DNA of 63,302 bases, filler included, from 6 parts of 6 records of this genome joined end to end with filler, not necessarily neighbours in it, one strand, 5' to 3'. Shown: positions 20,593-32,914, counted from the whole stretch's first letter. Translations and numbers: made by a program. The notes: a model not told the origin generated them from the sequence alone.

Positions 20593-20624
20593 CGGTCGGC
20601 TCGCTCAAGACCGGAAGGAACCAA

Positions 20625-21395
20625 TCAGGAGCATGGCATCATCGGATTACGCATACCCGCGAACCAGCCGCCATCGGCGACGAACTCGGAGCCGGTGCAG
20701 TAGCTGGCCTCGTCCGTCGCCAGGAACAGGGTGACATTGGCCACTTCCTCGGGCTGGCCCACGCGGGGGATGGGGAAGTCGCCATACACCGTGCTATTCA
20801 ATTGCTCTTCGCTCATGCCGCCGGCGCCGCCCATGATGGTGTAGATGCCCCCGGGATGGACGCTGTTGACGCGAATGCCGTACTGCCCCAGTTCTATGGC
20901 GGCGTTCTTGGTCAGACCGCGCACCGCCCACTTGCTTGATGAGTAGGCAGAAAGCCCGGCTGCCGAGTGCAGCCCGTCGATAGATGACACATTGATAATG
21001 GAGCCGCCGCCTGCTGCCTTCATGGACGGGATGACCGATTGTATCCCCAGGAAAGTGCCCAGCTGGTTAACCTGGATAACTCGCATGTACTCTTCAGCGG
21101 AGGTATCGGTCAGCGCTTTCATCAGCACAATGGCGGCATTGTTAACCAGTACATTGAGTGTGCCCAGGCCTTGTGCGGTAGCAATGGCTGCCTGCCAGTC
21201 CGCCTCGCTGCTAACGTCCAGCTTCTGAAACACGGTCGCATCGCCGAGTTCCTCGGCGAGTCGCTGTCCTTCTTCGACCAGGACATCGCCGATCAGAACG
21301 CGTGCACCCTCGCGAACAAACGCGCGCACAGTTGCCTCGCCCATGCCTCGCGAACCCCCGGTAACAATTGCTGTTTTGCCTGCCAAACGACCCAC
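20625..21395 (-). CDS. Short-chain dehydrogenase/reductase (3-alpha/20-beta-HSD-like)
   Basis: TGGSRGMG, NNAAI, YSSSK and VNSVHPG. Confidence 0.92.
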   Translation of the reverse strand: MGRLAGKTAIVTGGSRGMGEATVRAFVREGARVLIGDVLVEEGQRLAEELGDATVFQKLDVSSEADWQAAIATAQGLGTLNVLVNNAAIVLMKALTDTSAEEYMRVIQVNQLGTFLGIQSVIPSMKAAGGGSIINVSSIDGLHSAAGLSAYSSSKWAVRGLTKNAAIELGQYGIRVNSVHPGGIYTIMGGAGGMSEEQLNSTVYGDFPIPRVGQPEEVANVTLFLATDEASYCTGSEFVADGGWFAGMRNPMMPCS

Positions 21396-21633
21396 ACGAA
21401 TGCCCCTGTTTTATGGTGAAAGGTTGGTGATCAACGACTCGGCCAGACTGGAATGCGGCTAAACCCGACCTGGCTGCAGTATATGACGGATGTACGAAGC
21501 AGGGTAAGGCAGTTTGGAACTACCGGCGAGTTGGTCCTTGGCGACTACTCGACGCAGTCGCCCGATCAATGCCCAGCGTGATCGGCATGCATGGTCTCTC
21601 TGCGGGGTTAAGAAAGGCCTGCAAGCTGCTGCT

Positions 21634-23061
21634 TTAAGGCTGATCAGTGGCAGAGGGCAGGGGTGACGCTGTTAACCTGCGCCTGGGGCCAAGCCAAAGC
21701 ACCGCCAGGCCTGCGGCAATACCGGGCAGGCCTTCGTAAACATGCTGCTCCCAGCCCATCCATCGCCAGAACAGGGCGGCCGATAGTCCAACTAGCACAG
21801 CCAGCAGGGCCAGGCGTTGTGTGGGTTGCCAGCCAATACACAGCGCAATAAGGAGGGGCGCGAATGCACTGGCCAGTGCTGACCAGGACATGATAACCAG
21901 GCTGAACACACTCTGGCTGTTGGTCATGGTTAGGCCGAGGGCAGCAGCCGTGATGGCGACCGTAGTGCCCTTGATGAGCAGGGGGCGTTCAATGCGATGG
22001 GGAAGCAGGTCGTGCGTTATCGCAGCGGAGCAACTCAGAATGAGTGAGTCCGCCGTTGACATGGTGGCGGCGAAGATGCCGGCCAGAATCATCCCGACCA
22101 GTACCGGGGGCAGTAGGTCCATGGCCATAGTCGGCAGCGCCAATTCAGCATCGAAAGAGGCCGTATCACCCAGGTAGATGCGTGATAGCAAGCCCACGCT
22201 GGTGGCCAGAAAGTAGAAGGCAGTAAACCAGAGGTAGTACCAGATTCTGGCCCGACGCATATTGGCGTGACTGTCCAGAGTCATGAAGCGGACCATTACG
22301 TGGGGTTGGCCGATGACCGACAGCCCGGCGAACATCCAGCCAACAATGAACAGGACCATCCCCGCCGCACCTGGCAGTGGCAGGTCGCTGGGGAACCAGT
22401 TTGTGAAACCCGGTATGTCACTCATACTGGTCAGCGCTGCGCTCAAGCCACCCATTGCACTGCTGGCTTCGACGAACAGCACAGCCATGGCGATTATCAT
22501 TACCACGGACTGTGCGGCATCTGTCCAGATGGAGGCGCGAATGCCGCCTGCAAAGCAGTACGCGGTGACCAGGGCAGCGCCCATGATGGCACCTGCTGAC
22601 TGTGGCCAGCCGAACAATACGTGCAGGGCCTTGGATCCCGCGACTAGCTGGGCGCTCGCGTAGGCGAGCAGGAACAACAGTGATATCGCTCCGATCACGC
22701 GTTGCAGCCGACTGTTCGGCGCGCCGTACCAGTTGGCCAGAACCCCGGCGTAACTGACTTCACCGGTGCGCGCGGTGGCCGTCCGCAACCTTCCGTGGAC
22801 AAACAGGGAGCCGAGGAAGTCGCCGGCGATCCAGCCGAACATCAGCCAGAAAGCCGGGAAGCCAGTGGCATAGGTGTAACCGATGACGCCAATAAACATA
22901 TAGCCGCTGTTATTGGTTGCAACGGCGGAGAGACCAACCAGCCAGGGCTTTACGCTGCTATCCGCCAGATAGTAATCGTGCCGCGTGCCGCGGCTCAGCC
23001 ACGCCGAGGACACGCCTATCAAGGTGAAAAGCAGGAGAAACCCGAGGAACGCAATGATCAT
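21634..23061 (-). CDS. Sodium:solute symporter (PutP/SSS family) at the end of the ect operon
   Basis: GLSAVATNNSGYMF, GGIRASIWTD, GQPHVMVRFM and FAATMSTADS; about 13 hydrophobic segments. Start MIIAF (23061). Confidence 0.88.
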   Translation of the reverse strand: MIIAFLGFLLLFTLIGVSSAWLSRGTRHDYYLADSSVKPWLVGLSAVATNNSGYMFIGVIGYTYATGFPAFWLMFGWIAGDFLGSLFVHGRLRTATARTGEVSYAGVLANWYGAPNSRLQRVIGAISLLFLLAYASAQLVAGSKALHVLFGWPQSAGAIMGAALVTAYCFAGGIRASIWTDAAQSVVMIIAMAVLFVEASSAMGGLSAALTSMSDIPGFTNWFPSDLPLPGAAGMVLFIVGWMFAGLSVIGQPHVMVRFMTLDSHANMRRARIWYYLWFTAFYFLATSVGLLSRIYLGDTASFDAELALPTMAMDLLPPVLVGMILAGIFAATMSTADSLILSCSAAITHDLLPHRIERPLLIKGTTVAITAAALGLTMTNSQSVFSLVIMSWSALASAFAPLLIALCIGWQPTQRLALLAVLVGLSAALFWRWMGWEQHVYEGLPGIAAGLAVLWLGPRRRLTASPLPSATDQP

Positions 23062-23077
23062 CGACAGTCCCGCCCCA

Positions 23078-24523
23078 TCAGCCGTGGGCGAGGCATATGG
23101 CGCTGCCGTGATCGTGTACTTCCACCAGTCGCTCATGGAGGCTCCTCACCGCCGATTCGTAATCATCTTCGTTGACTACGAACTGCATATCCACCTGACG
23201 CATTGACTGGTGCATGGCGCGTACCCCGATATCGGAATCTGCAAGTGCGGTTACTGCCTGGGCTAGCAAACCGTTGACCTGGAGGTCGCTACCGATCGCC
23301 GACACGAGGGACACCTTGGTCTGGTCGATGCAGGCTTCTGGAAACATCTCTTCCAGGGTCTGTCGTATCCGCTTGACGGTTTTCAGGTTGCAGGAGAGGT
23401 AATGAGTGATGGTATTTGCATTGATATCCTTGGCGACGATCTGTGCCCGGAAGCGATCCAGAACACGAAGAATCTGCTGGTCGTAATGGCCGATACGGCC
23501 GGCCATGTCCTGGTCGAACAGCTCCAGCGAAAACACGCCGCGACTGCCCGCGATAATCTCTACACAGGGGATACTGCTCACGTAGTCGGGTGTGATCAGT
23601 GTGCCGCTGTGCTCGGGCTCAAAAGTATTCTTGACCCTTAGCGGTATATTGCTCTGCCGTAAGCCCTTGGCTGCCTTGGGGTGAATGGCTTCCATGCCGA
23701 GGTTGGCAAGCTGGTCCGCGACATCGTAATTCGTCCTGCCGATGGGAACGGCATTTGTTTCGCCGACCAGGGCGGGATCCGCGCTACTGAGGTGAAACTC
23801 CTTGTGGATGATGGCTTCTCGCGCGCCGGTTAGTACCCCGATCCGGCTGAAGGTCATCTCCGTGTAGCCCCGATCGAAGCTGGACATCAGGCCATCTTCG
23901 GTATGGGCGTAGCCGGTCACAATCGGTAGCGTATTGGTCAGGTCGCAGTCAGCGAGCGCTGTGACGATCCGCGTGTCCAACGGAAGATGGTCGTTGTCTC
24001 GCCATCCGGTCAGGTCGATAAAGCGGGCGTTGATGCCGTCGAGTTGCAGCAGTTGAGTCGTATTCCAGGCGCTTTGTGCTTCCCCGATGCTGGCCAGCAT
24101 CTCTCGAACCGTGGCCAGGTGGGTCTCGAGGGAGAAGTGGCCGTGTTTACATAGGCCTTGCAAACCTTCCAGGCAGGACTCGGCTGCATCCAGGCGTTCT
24201 TCAATGAAGCGATTAGCCCTTTCAGTTGCCATTGGGTCTGCAAACAGCCGGGAGTTCAGAGTGCGCATCTCATTACGAAGGCCAACTACAGCTTCACGCC
24301 AACTATGCTCCACCTCGCTGCCGGCAAATAACGCGTATATGCCCGGGTGTCCCGATTTCTTGTGTTCGAGCAGAAGATTGGTGATGCCACCATAGGCAGA
24401 AACGACGATGATCCTGTTATAGGGATCGCCAGTGCTATTACCGCGCAGGATGATATTGTCGCGAATCGCGACATAGTCCAGCATCGATGTACCGCCAATC
24501 TTCTCTACCGTATGGTTATTCAC
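23078..24523 (-). CDS. ask: Ectoine-associated aspartate kinase (Ask_Ect)
   Basis: HTVEKIGGTSM, FDRGYTEMTFS, HKEFHLSSADP and ACT domain; follows ectD. Confidence 0.93.
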   Translation of the reverse strand: MNNHTVEKIGGTSMLDYVAIRDNIILRGNSTGDPYNRIIVVSAYGGITNLLLEHKKSGHPGIYALFAGSEVEHSWREAVVGLRNEMRTLNSRLFADPMATERANRFIEERLDAAESCLEGLQGLCKHGHFSLETHLATVREMLASIGEAQSAWNTTQLLQLDGINARFIDLTGWRDNDHLPLDTRIVTALADCDLTNTLPIVTGYAHTEDGLMSSFDRGYTEMTFSRIGVLTGAREAIIHKEFHLSSADPALVGETNAVPIGRTNYDVADQLANLGMEAIHPKAAKGLRQSNIPLRVKNTFEPEHSGTLITPDYVSSIPCVEIIAGSRGVFSLELFDQDMAGRIGHYDQQILRVLDRFRAQIVAKDINANTITHYLSCNLKTVKRIRQTLEEMFPEACIDQTKVSLVSAIGSDLQVNGLLAQAVTALADSDIGVRAMHQSMRQVDMQFVVNEDDYESAVRSLHERLVEVHDHGSAICLAHG

Positions 24524-24583
24524 AGGGGTTACTCCAGATTTTCGGCGCGGGCTATGCGGCTTTGCCTGGCTGCCGGATAGTCG

Positions 24584-25540
24584 CTAGGCACGAGAGAGGT
24601 GTCCCCGGCGTGACGAGACAGGTTCAATTGCCTGTCGCGTGCAGACGTAATCCGGTCGCGATGCCCGGGCACAGAATGGCTCGACAACTCGGTTGCTAAT
24701 CGCGTTATAAACATAAAAGGCATTAGAGCGCGGCCACGGTGTGATGTTGCCGTTGGACCCATGCACGGTATTGCAGTCGAACAGGATCACGCTGCCGGGG
24801 CTCGCCTCGGCCGTGAAAATCCCGCCTTCCGTGACCAGTTGATCCACCTGTGAGTCTGTCGGAACGCCAAGTTCCTGTTTGCGCAGTGATTGGTGGAAGT
24901 GGTTCTCTGGGGTTACGCCTTCGCAACTGATGAAGTGCCGGTGAGATCGCGGGATCAGCATCAACGCGCCATTCGAAGCGTTGTTCTCGGTTAGGGTGAC
25001 TGACATGCTCAGGGCGCGCATTCGGGGCATGCCATCCTCAACGTGCCAGGTCTCAAAATCAGAATGCCAGAAAAACTCCTTACCCCGAAAACCTGGCTTA
25101 TAGTTCAGCCTCGACTGGTGGATGTATACCTCGTCATCAAGAACATAGCGCGCTACGTCAACCAGTCGGCTGTCGCTGGCCAGGCGTTCGAAGAGCACGT
25201 TAGAACGGTGGATCGCAAAAATGGAACGCAGCGTATTGTCTGCGGGTTCATTGATGCGGGTGTCGCAAGCGCTGTCCGGTGTTTCGCGAAGCAGTTCCAG
25301 CTCCTGTTTCAGTAATTGAACTTCATCAGGTTGGAACAGATTGTCCAGCACGACGAAACCGTCGCGCTCGTACTGCTTTAGCTGTTGCGGTGAGAGCGGC
25401 GCTCTTTCCTGGGTTGACGCGTAAACCACGGGGTCGAGCCTGTCCAGAACCCTGGCTTCACGATTAATTCTGGAAGGGTAATCGTCCTGCATGGCAGTGT
25501 TCGCCGCCGCACCGGCAATATTGGCCGCCAGGCTCGTCAT
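24584..25540 (-). CDS. ectD: Ectoine hydroxylase
   Basis: Signature [17 protein letters not shown], and [13 protein letters not shown]. Confidence 0.96.
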   Translation of the reverse strand: MTSLAANIAGAAANTAMQDDYPSRINREARVLDRLDPVVYASTQERAPLSPQQLKQYERDGFVVLDNLFQPDEVQLLKQELELLRETPDSACDTRINEPADNTLRSIFAIHRSNVLFERLASDSRLVDVARYVLDDEVYIHQSRLNYKPGFRGKEFFWHSDFETWHVEDGMPRMRALSMSVTLTENNASNGALMLIPRSHRHFISCEGVTPENHFHQSLRKQELGVPTDSQVDQLVTEGGIFTAEASPGSVILFDCNTVHGSNGNITPWPRSNAFYVYNAISNRVVEPFCARASRPDYVCTRQAIEPVSSRRGHLSRA

Positions 25541-25941
25541 CCGGCTGTCGCCTCTACATCGAGTTCATAAGCGCCATCGGAATTATGTACCTCCTTCCCG
25601 CTTAGCGGTGGGTTAAAGACGCAGGCCATTTTCATCTCGCTGTGGGCACGTAGGATATGCTCATCGTTCCTGTCCAGGATGTAGATGGTTCCAGGCTCGA
25701 TAGGGTAGACGCGCTTATCGGCAAGTACTTCTACTTCTCCGGAACCGGAAAGGCAGTACACCGATTCCAGGTGGTTCTGATAGTGCATCCTGAAGTCAGC
25801 GCCGGCGTAAATCGTCGTGATATGGAATGAGAACCCCATATTGTCATTCTTTAGCAGCAAGCGGGTGCTTTCCCAGTTGCCATCAGGGGAGACTATGCGG
25901 CGCTTGGATTGCTCTGCGTCACTCAGTGTTCTAACAATCAT
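25537..25941 (-). CDS. ectC: Ectoine synthase
   Basis: [32 protein letters not shown] and CVFNPPL.G.EVH. Confidence 0.97.
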   Translation of the reverse strand: MIVRTLSDAEQSKRRIVSPDGNWESTRLLLKNDNMGFSFHITTIYAGADFRMHYQNHLESVYCLSGSGEVEVLADKRVYPIEPGTIYILDRNDEHILRAHSEMKMACVFNPPLSGKEVHNSDGAYELDVEATAG

Positions 25942-25990
25942 GCTGACTACTTTCCTGTTTGCTCTGTTCTATTCTGTGTTGCGCCTATCG

Positions 25991-27858
<1,868 letters not shown>

Positions 27859-27869
27859 AACAAAAGATA

Positions 27870-28020
27870 ACAACACTAAATAAAAATGAGCGCAAATTAT
27901 AAAAGCATGTAGATAAATATCAATTAAAACCGATATTTATGCCCAATATTCACTCAAATATTATATTTAGAACGAAAATAAAATATTTATAAACCCATAT
28001 TTAGGACGATATATGCTTAT
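27870..28020. promoter_or_regulatory. AT-rich ect promoter region with repeats
   Basis: Inverted repeat ATAAATATC-N10-GATATTTAT (27913-27940). Direct repeat ATATTTAG(A/G)ACGA (27963, 27997). TATTTAGTGT on the minus strand (27873-27882). Confidence 0.6.
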
Positions 28021-28174
28021 TTCACGTTACAAAGCGTGGGCTGCAGGGTGGGCCCTGTGAGGATGCTGTGTGAGTGGCGGTGCGAGGCCTCTGTGCTGCT
28101 TCGATGGGTTTGGTGCACACTAGGGGCAAACAGTTAGATCCCTAACAAACGGCAGGTCCCTCCAGGAACGCACT

Positions 28175-28855
28175 ATGGATTATCACTACGACCCCATTCC
28201 GCTCCCGCCGCTGCCGCAGCTTGCTGCTGATGAGAGCCTGGCAAGCGCCCGGAGCTTCCACGAGCTCATCCGCACACGTCATTCGGTGCGCCAGTTCAGC
28301 GATCGGCCGGTTGATCGTGCAGTGATCGAGGCCTGTTTGCGCGCGGCGGGCACCGCACCTTCCGGGGCCAATCATCAGCCCTGGCATTTTGCCTGTGTCA
28401 GTGACCCGGACACCAAGCGGGCTATTCGCCTGGCGGCGGAAAAGGAAGAACAGGCGTTTTACGGCGGCAAGGCTGGTGAAGACTGGCTCGGCGATCTCAA
28501 GAACCTCGGCACGGATGCGGACAAGCCTTTCTTGGAAACAGCCCCCTGGCTGATCGGGATCTTTGCCGAGCGCTATGGTATTGCGGAGGACGGCTCGCGG
28601 CGCAAGAACTACTACACGCCGGAGTCGGTGGGGATCGCGACCGGTTTCCTGATTACGGCGCTGCACCAGGCGGGCCTCGCGACGCTTACCCATACGCCGA
28701 GCCCGATGAAGTTCATGAACGAGATCATGCGCCGGCCGGTGAACGAGCGTCCGTTTATTTTACTGGTCGTCGGCTATCCGGCGGCGGATGCGATGATTCC
28801 CCGGGCCGCCACGGTGAAAAAGCCGCTGGAACAGATCGCCAGCTTTATCGATTAG
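28175..28855 (+). CDS. Nitroreductase-family flavoprotein, iodotyrosine deiodinase (IYD)-like
   Basis: [44 protein letters not shown] and TLTHTP. Confidence 0.85.
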   Translation: MDYHYDPIPLPPLPQLAADESLASARSFHELIRTRHSVRQFSDRPVDRAVIEACLRAAGTAPSGANHQPWHFACVSDPDTKRAIRLAAEKEEQAFYGGKAGEDWLGDLKNLGTDADKPFLETAPWLIGIFAERYGIAEDGSRRKNYYTPESVGIATGFLITALHQAGLATLTHTPSPMKFMNEIMRRPVNERPFILLVVGYPAADAMIPRAATVKKPLEQIASFID

Positions 28856-28887
28856 CTGCCCCGGGGGCCGGCCAGGATCGCGCTCTG

Positions 28888-29670
28888 TTACGGCGAGCCA
28901 GGGGGCTTGCTGGCCCGGGTATAGACCTGCAGCATCTCGCACTTGTCGCAAACCACGGTCAATGCCCGCCAGTCCTCGATAAAGTGGGCGCTGTCTTCCT
29001 CGCCGAGTAACTTCTCCAGTTGGGGGCGCAGCGGTCCCGCCATGCTGGCGTATTCCCGTTGCGCGGCCTCTCGATACCAGGGGGACTTGTCTTCCTGGTG
29101 AATCGTTTCAAACCCGGCTTCCGCCAGCAAGGCCAGATGCTCATCCGGTGTGCGCATGGCATAGGTCAGGCCCTCCAGCTCAAACCAGTACAGCATATCC
29201 TCGCTGTAGGGCCCGGCAGGCTTCATCCAGTCGTAGCAGCTCAGCACGCCGCCGGGTTTCAGCACCCGCAGGCACTCCCGGTACATGGCGAGCTTGTCCT
29301 CCACCTGGGTCAAGGCACCAGAAATGACGATGCAGTCGAAGCTCGCATCGGCGAAGGTCAGGGGGCCGGGTTCCACGCTATGAAAAGCGGTCTGGCCGGC
29401 GAGGCCGGTTGCCTCGGCGCGTGCACTGGCGCGGCGGATGAGATGCGCCTCGAGGTCCGTGCCGACCACAAAGGCGCCGTATTTCTGCGCCAGGATGCAG
29501 GCTGGCCGGCCCTGGCCGCAGCCGATATCCAGTACGCGGCGACCCGCCAGGTCGATCCCGGCGACCAGCCTGTCTACGTGGCCCTCGCCACCCGGGGCCA
29601 TGAAGCCCTCGCCCCAGATCAGGTCCATGGCGGCGAGCATGGCCTCGCTGTATTCGTCGACGTGGGACAC
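28888..29670 (-). CDS. Class I SAM-dependent methyltransferase (phosphoethanolamine/betaine N-methyltransferase-like)
   Basis: LIWGEGFMAPGG, VLDIGCGQG, FADASFD and RVLKPGG. Confidence 0.85.
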   Translation of the reverse strand: MSHVDEYSEAMLAAMDLIWGEGFMAPGGEGHVDRLVAGIDLAGRRVLDIGCGQGRPACILAQKYGAFVVGTDLEAHLIRRASARAEATGLAGQTAFHSVEPGPLTFADASFDCIVISGALTQVEDKLAMYRECLRVLKPGGVLSCYDWMKPAGPYSEDMLYWFELEGLTYAMRTPDEHLALLAEAGFETIHQEDKSPWYREAAQREYASMAGPLRPQLEKLLGEEDSAHFIEDWRALTVVCDKCEMLQVYTRASKPPGSP

Positions 29671-29797
29671 GGCGCGCTTCTCCGACAGTCTGTGTTCTCA
29701 GATCCGAAGGCAGTATAGATCGGCTTTAGGGCGGGTGCGGCAGGTGTTAACAGGCTACAATCCTGACCTCAAGCAGAATAAAAACGGATAACACAGC

Positions 29798-31288
29798 ATG
29801 AGTTCAACCGCCGATACAGGCCATGATGGCCATCTGACCGGTTACGGTACGCCCCTGTACAGGAATTATGTGCTACTGCTGTTGATGGCGGTGTACACGC
29901 TCAACTTCATCGATCGTACCCTGATCGCGGTGGTCGCCCAGCCCATCATCGAGTCCTTCCAGCTCACCGATGCCCAGTGGGGTCTGTTGTATGGTCCTCC
30001 CTTCGCCATCTTCTATGCCGTGATGGGGTTGCCGATCGCACTCTGGGCGGACCGCTCCAACCGGGTGAAGATCATCGCGGTATGCATCGTGCTGTGGTCG
30101 GTGATGACGGCGCTGTGTGGCGTCGCGGCGGGTTTTCTTACCCTGCTGATGTTCCGGATCGGCGTCGCAATTGGTGAGGCCGGCTGTACGCCGCCGGCGA
30201 ACTCGCTGATCGGTGACTATTTTATTGCCCGCAAGCGGGCCACCGCCCTCGGTATTTACTCGATGGGGGTGACCCTCGGCGGCGTCCTGGCCAATCTGTT
30301 TGGCGGCCCGATCGCGCAGATGCAGGGCGCCGACTTTGGCGCCTGGTTGGCGTCCATCGGTCTGGGCTGGATGTTTGGCGGCCTGGACTGGGCCTCCATC
30401 GAGGGCTGGCGCATCGCGTTCGTGGTCGTGGGCCTGCCCGGTGTCCTGGTTGCCCTCATCGTCCTGCTGACCATCAAGGAGCCGCCCCGGGGCTATTCTG
30501 ACCCACCTGACGCGGCCCCCAGGCCCCGGGCTCATTGGGGTGAGGCCTTCCAGGAACTCAAGCACAAGCCGAGTTTCTGGTGGATGGCTGTCGGCGCCTC
30601 CATGGTCGCCTTTGTCGGCTATGGCCTGATCAGCTTCCAGGCACCGTTCCTGCAGCGTGAGCACGGCCTGGATGTACGCGAGGCAGCGATCAACTTCGGC
30701 GCGCCGCTGTCCCTGCTGGCCGCGGCCGGCACCTTTCTCGGTGGCTATCTCACTGAGCGTTTGACCCGACGGTTTCCCACCGCCATGGCGATTGTGCCGG
30801 CGATCGGTCTGCTGCTGGCGGTTCCGGCCTATATCGGCGCGTTTTTTATCGAAGACCTGCGCATCGTGTTCATTCTCTGGGGCATCGCTGCGGTGTGCCA
30901 CTACTCCTACCTGGGTGCGCAGTACAACATCGGCCAGGGCGTGGTGAGTAATCGCTCGCGGGCAACGGCAATAGCCGTGCTGTTGATCCTGGTCTCCTTG
31001 ATTGGCAACGGGATCGGGCCTTACTTTGTCGGCTTCATGAGTGACCTGTTCATGGGGCAGCAGCTGGCGGGTAGTGAGTTGGGTGCCCAGCTCAGTCCCG
31101 CCATGTGTAATGCCCGTGATGCGGTTCTGTCAGCGGCACAACAATCTGTATGTGCCGAGGCCAGCTCCGAGGGCCTGAAGCTCGCGGTTTCGGTGACGGT
31201 GTGCTGGTTCCTGGTGGCGGCGGGGTGTTTCATGATGTCGGCGCGGACGCTGAAGCGGGATTTTGTGGCCGAGCTCGGCGGACACTGA
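29798..31288 (+). CDS. MFS transporter, Spinster-like family
   Basis: NFIDRT, WADRSNR, RIGVAIGEAGCTPPANSLIGDYF, GWRIAF and KEPPRG. Confidence 0.9.
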   Translation: MSSTADTGHDGHLTGYGTPLYRNYVLLLLMAVYTLNFIDRTLIAVVAQPIIESFQLTDAQWGLLYGPPFAIFYAVMGLPIALWADRSNRVKIIAVCIVLWSVMTALCGVAAGFLTLLMFRIGVAIGEAGCTPPANSLIGDYFIARKRATALGIYSMGVTLGGVLANLFGGPIAQMQGADFGAWLASIGLGWMFGGLDWASIEGWRIAFVVVGLPGVLVALIVLLTIKEPPRGYSDPPDAAPRPRAHWGEAFQELKHKPSFWWMAVGASMVAFVGYGLISFQAPFLQREHGLDVREAAINFGAPLSLLAAAGTFLGGYLTERLTRRFPTAMAIVPAIGLLLAVPAYIGAFFIEDLRIVFILWGIAAVCHYSYLGAQYNIGQGVVSNRSRATAIAVLLILVSLIGNGIGPYFVGFMSDLFMGQQLAGSELGAQLSPAMCNARDAVLSAAQQSVCAEASSEGLKLAVSVTVCWFLVAAGCFMMSARTLKRDFVAELGGH

Positions 31289-31402
31289 GCACAGCTGCCC
31301 TGGCGCTGTCCGGCCAAGATTTACCGCGCTGAAGCACCCGGTCATGCTGGCGTTTCTGGTCTAGACTGGGTGCAGTCTGTGCCAACTCGTCAGGAGAAAT
31401 CT

Positions 31403-32764
31403 GTGAAAACCCTACCCAGGCAATTGTTAGTGCTGGCGGTGAGTGCTGCCCTGTTCAGCAGCGGCGCACTGGCGGCCACCGAGGCCGAGCGTATCCGGGC
31501 GCTGGAAACGCAGCTCGAGGCGCAGAAGGCGATGATGCAACAACAGCAGCAGATGCTGGAGGCCATGCAGGCCGAGCTGCAGCGTCTCAAAGCGGCGCAG
31601 GCACCGGCGGTGGAGGAAAGCCTGGTACAGGCCGCCGAGCCCGCGCCCATGCGGCCCGCCCCCCAGGAGCAAATGGGCATCGAGTTCTACGGACATATTC
31701 AGCTCGACGCCATCTACGATTTCGACCGGGTTGACCCCACCTGGGAATCCACTTTGCGACCCTCGAGCATTCCAACGGTGGACGGTGCATTCGGCGATGA
31801 CGGCAACACTGTTTTCAGCGTAAAACAAACCGCCATGGGCTTTCGCGGCGACCTGCCGACCCCCCTGGGTGCCGTGAAGACCTGGTTTGAATTCGACTTC
31901 TTCGGTACTGGCACCGACGCTGGCGATACCAAGTTCAACCTGCGTCATGCCTGGGTGGAAATGGGCAGCCTGGCCTTCGGCCAGACCAACAGTGCCTTCA
32001 TGGATATCTCCATATTTCCCAATGTAGTGGACTGGTGGGGTCCCTCCGGCATGGTGTTCAACCGCAACCCGCAGCTGCGTTACACCTGGCTCAAGGAGGG
32101 ATCGCAGATCGCGGTCGCTCTGGAGAAACCCAATGGCAGCTTCAACACCGGAATCTTCGGCGATATCTCGCCCGAGTTTGGTGAAGCCGCGAGCACCAAG
32201 ACCCCGCTGCCTGATCTCACCGCGCACTGGCGCAACGAATTTGACTGGGGGCATTACCAGGTGGCGGGTGTGTTGCGGCGGCTGGAATTCGAAACCCGGG
32301 GCACGCCGGGCAACGAGCCCAGCTTTGAGGATACGGGCTGGGGCATCAATCTTACCGGATCCATCAATACTCTCGGCCGCGACCAGCTGAAACTGGGGCT
32401 GGTCTATGGTGAGGGTATTGCCAGCTTCATGAATGATGGTGGGGTTAACCTGGCTCCGGGTGACTTTCGAGCGGAGCCGGTCCCGGTGCTCGGGGTGACT
32501 GCCTATTATGATCGCTACTGGTCTGACCGCTGGAGTTCGTCTGTCGGTTTTTCGGTTAACGATGTCAGTCCGCGGAATCAGCAGTCTGGCGGGGAGTTCG
32601 AAAGAGGCAGCTATGCCAGCGGCAACCTGCTGTATACCCCTTATCCGGAAGCACTGATGGGCCTGGAGTTACTCTGGGGTGAGCATGAGGATGTGGGTGG
32701 CAACAAGGGTGAGGACTTTCGCGCCCAGTTCACGTTCAAGCACAAGTTCGCCAGGGGGTTCTAG
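31403..32764 (+). CDS. DcaP-family trimeric outer-membrane porin with N-terminal coiled coil
   Basis: Signal peptide; coiled coil RALETQLEAQKAMMQQQQ; LRHAW, GQTNSAFMD, RNPQLRY and PDLTA. GTG start with RBS AGGAG. Confidence 0.82.
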   Translation: MKTLPRQLLVLAVSAALFSSGALAATEAERIRALETQLEAQKAMMQQQQQMLEAMQAELQRLKAAQAPAVEESLVQAAEPAPMRPAPQEQMGIEFYGHIQLDAIYDFDRVDPTWESTLRPSSIPTVDGAFGDDGNTVFSVKQTAMGFRGDLPTPLGAVKTWFEFDFFGTGTDAGDTKFNLRHAWVEMGSLAFGQTNSAFMDISIFPNVVDWWGPSGMVFNRNPQLRYTWLKEGSQIAVALEKPNGSFNTGIFGDISPEFGEAASTKTPLPDLTAHWRNEFDWGHYQVAGVLRRLEFETRGTPGNEPSFEDTGWGINLTGSINTLGRDQLKLGLVYGEGIASFMNDGGVNLAPGDFRAEPVPVLGVTAYYDRYWSDRWSSSVGFSVNDVSPRNQQSGGEFERGSYASGNLLYTPYPEALMGLELLWGEHEDVGGNKGEDFRAQFTFKHKFARGF

Positions 32765-32886
32765 AGGAAACTCCGGCTCTCCCGCGCACATTCAGTTGCT
32801 GACCTGGCTCGCTATAAGCATGAGCCCCTGCGCCGGGACCGGCAGGGTTTGAATGAAGGCAGTGGGTCTGGGCGAATTCTGCCGAT

Positions 32887-32914
32887 AAAAAAAGGGCACC
32901 TGGTGGGTGCCCTT
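32887..32914 (-). terminator. Intrinsic terminator of katG
   Basis: AAGGGCACC-tggtg-GGTGCCCTT with a poly-A tract on + (poly-U on -). Confidence 0.7.

Noticed and set aside
31530-31555. CAA/CAG run encoding QQQQQ in the porin
   Set aside because: Part of the coiled coil with mixed codons; not a phase-variable repeat.
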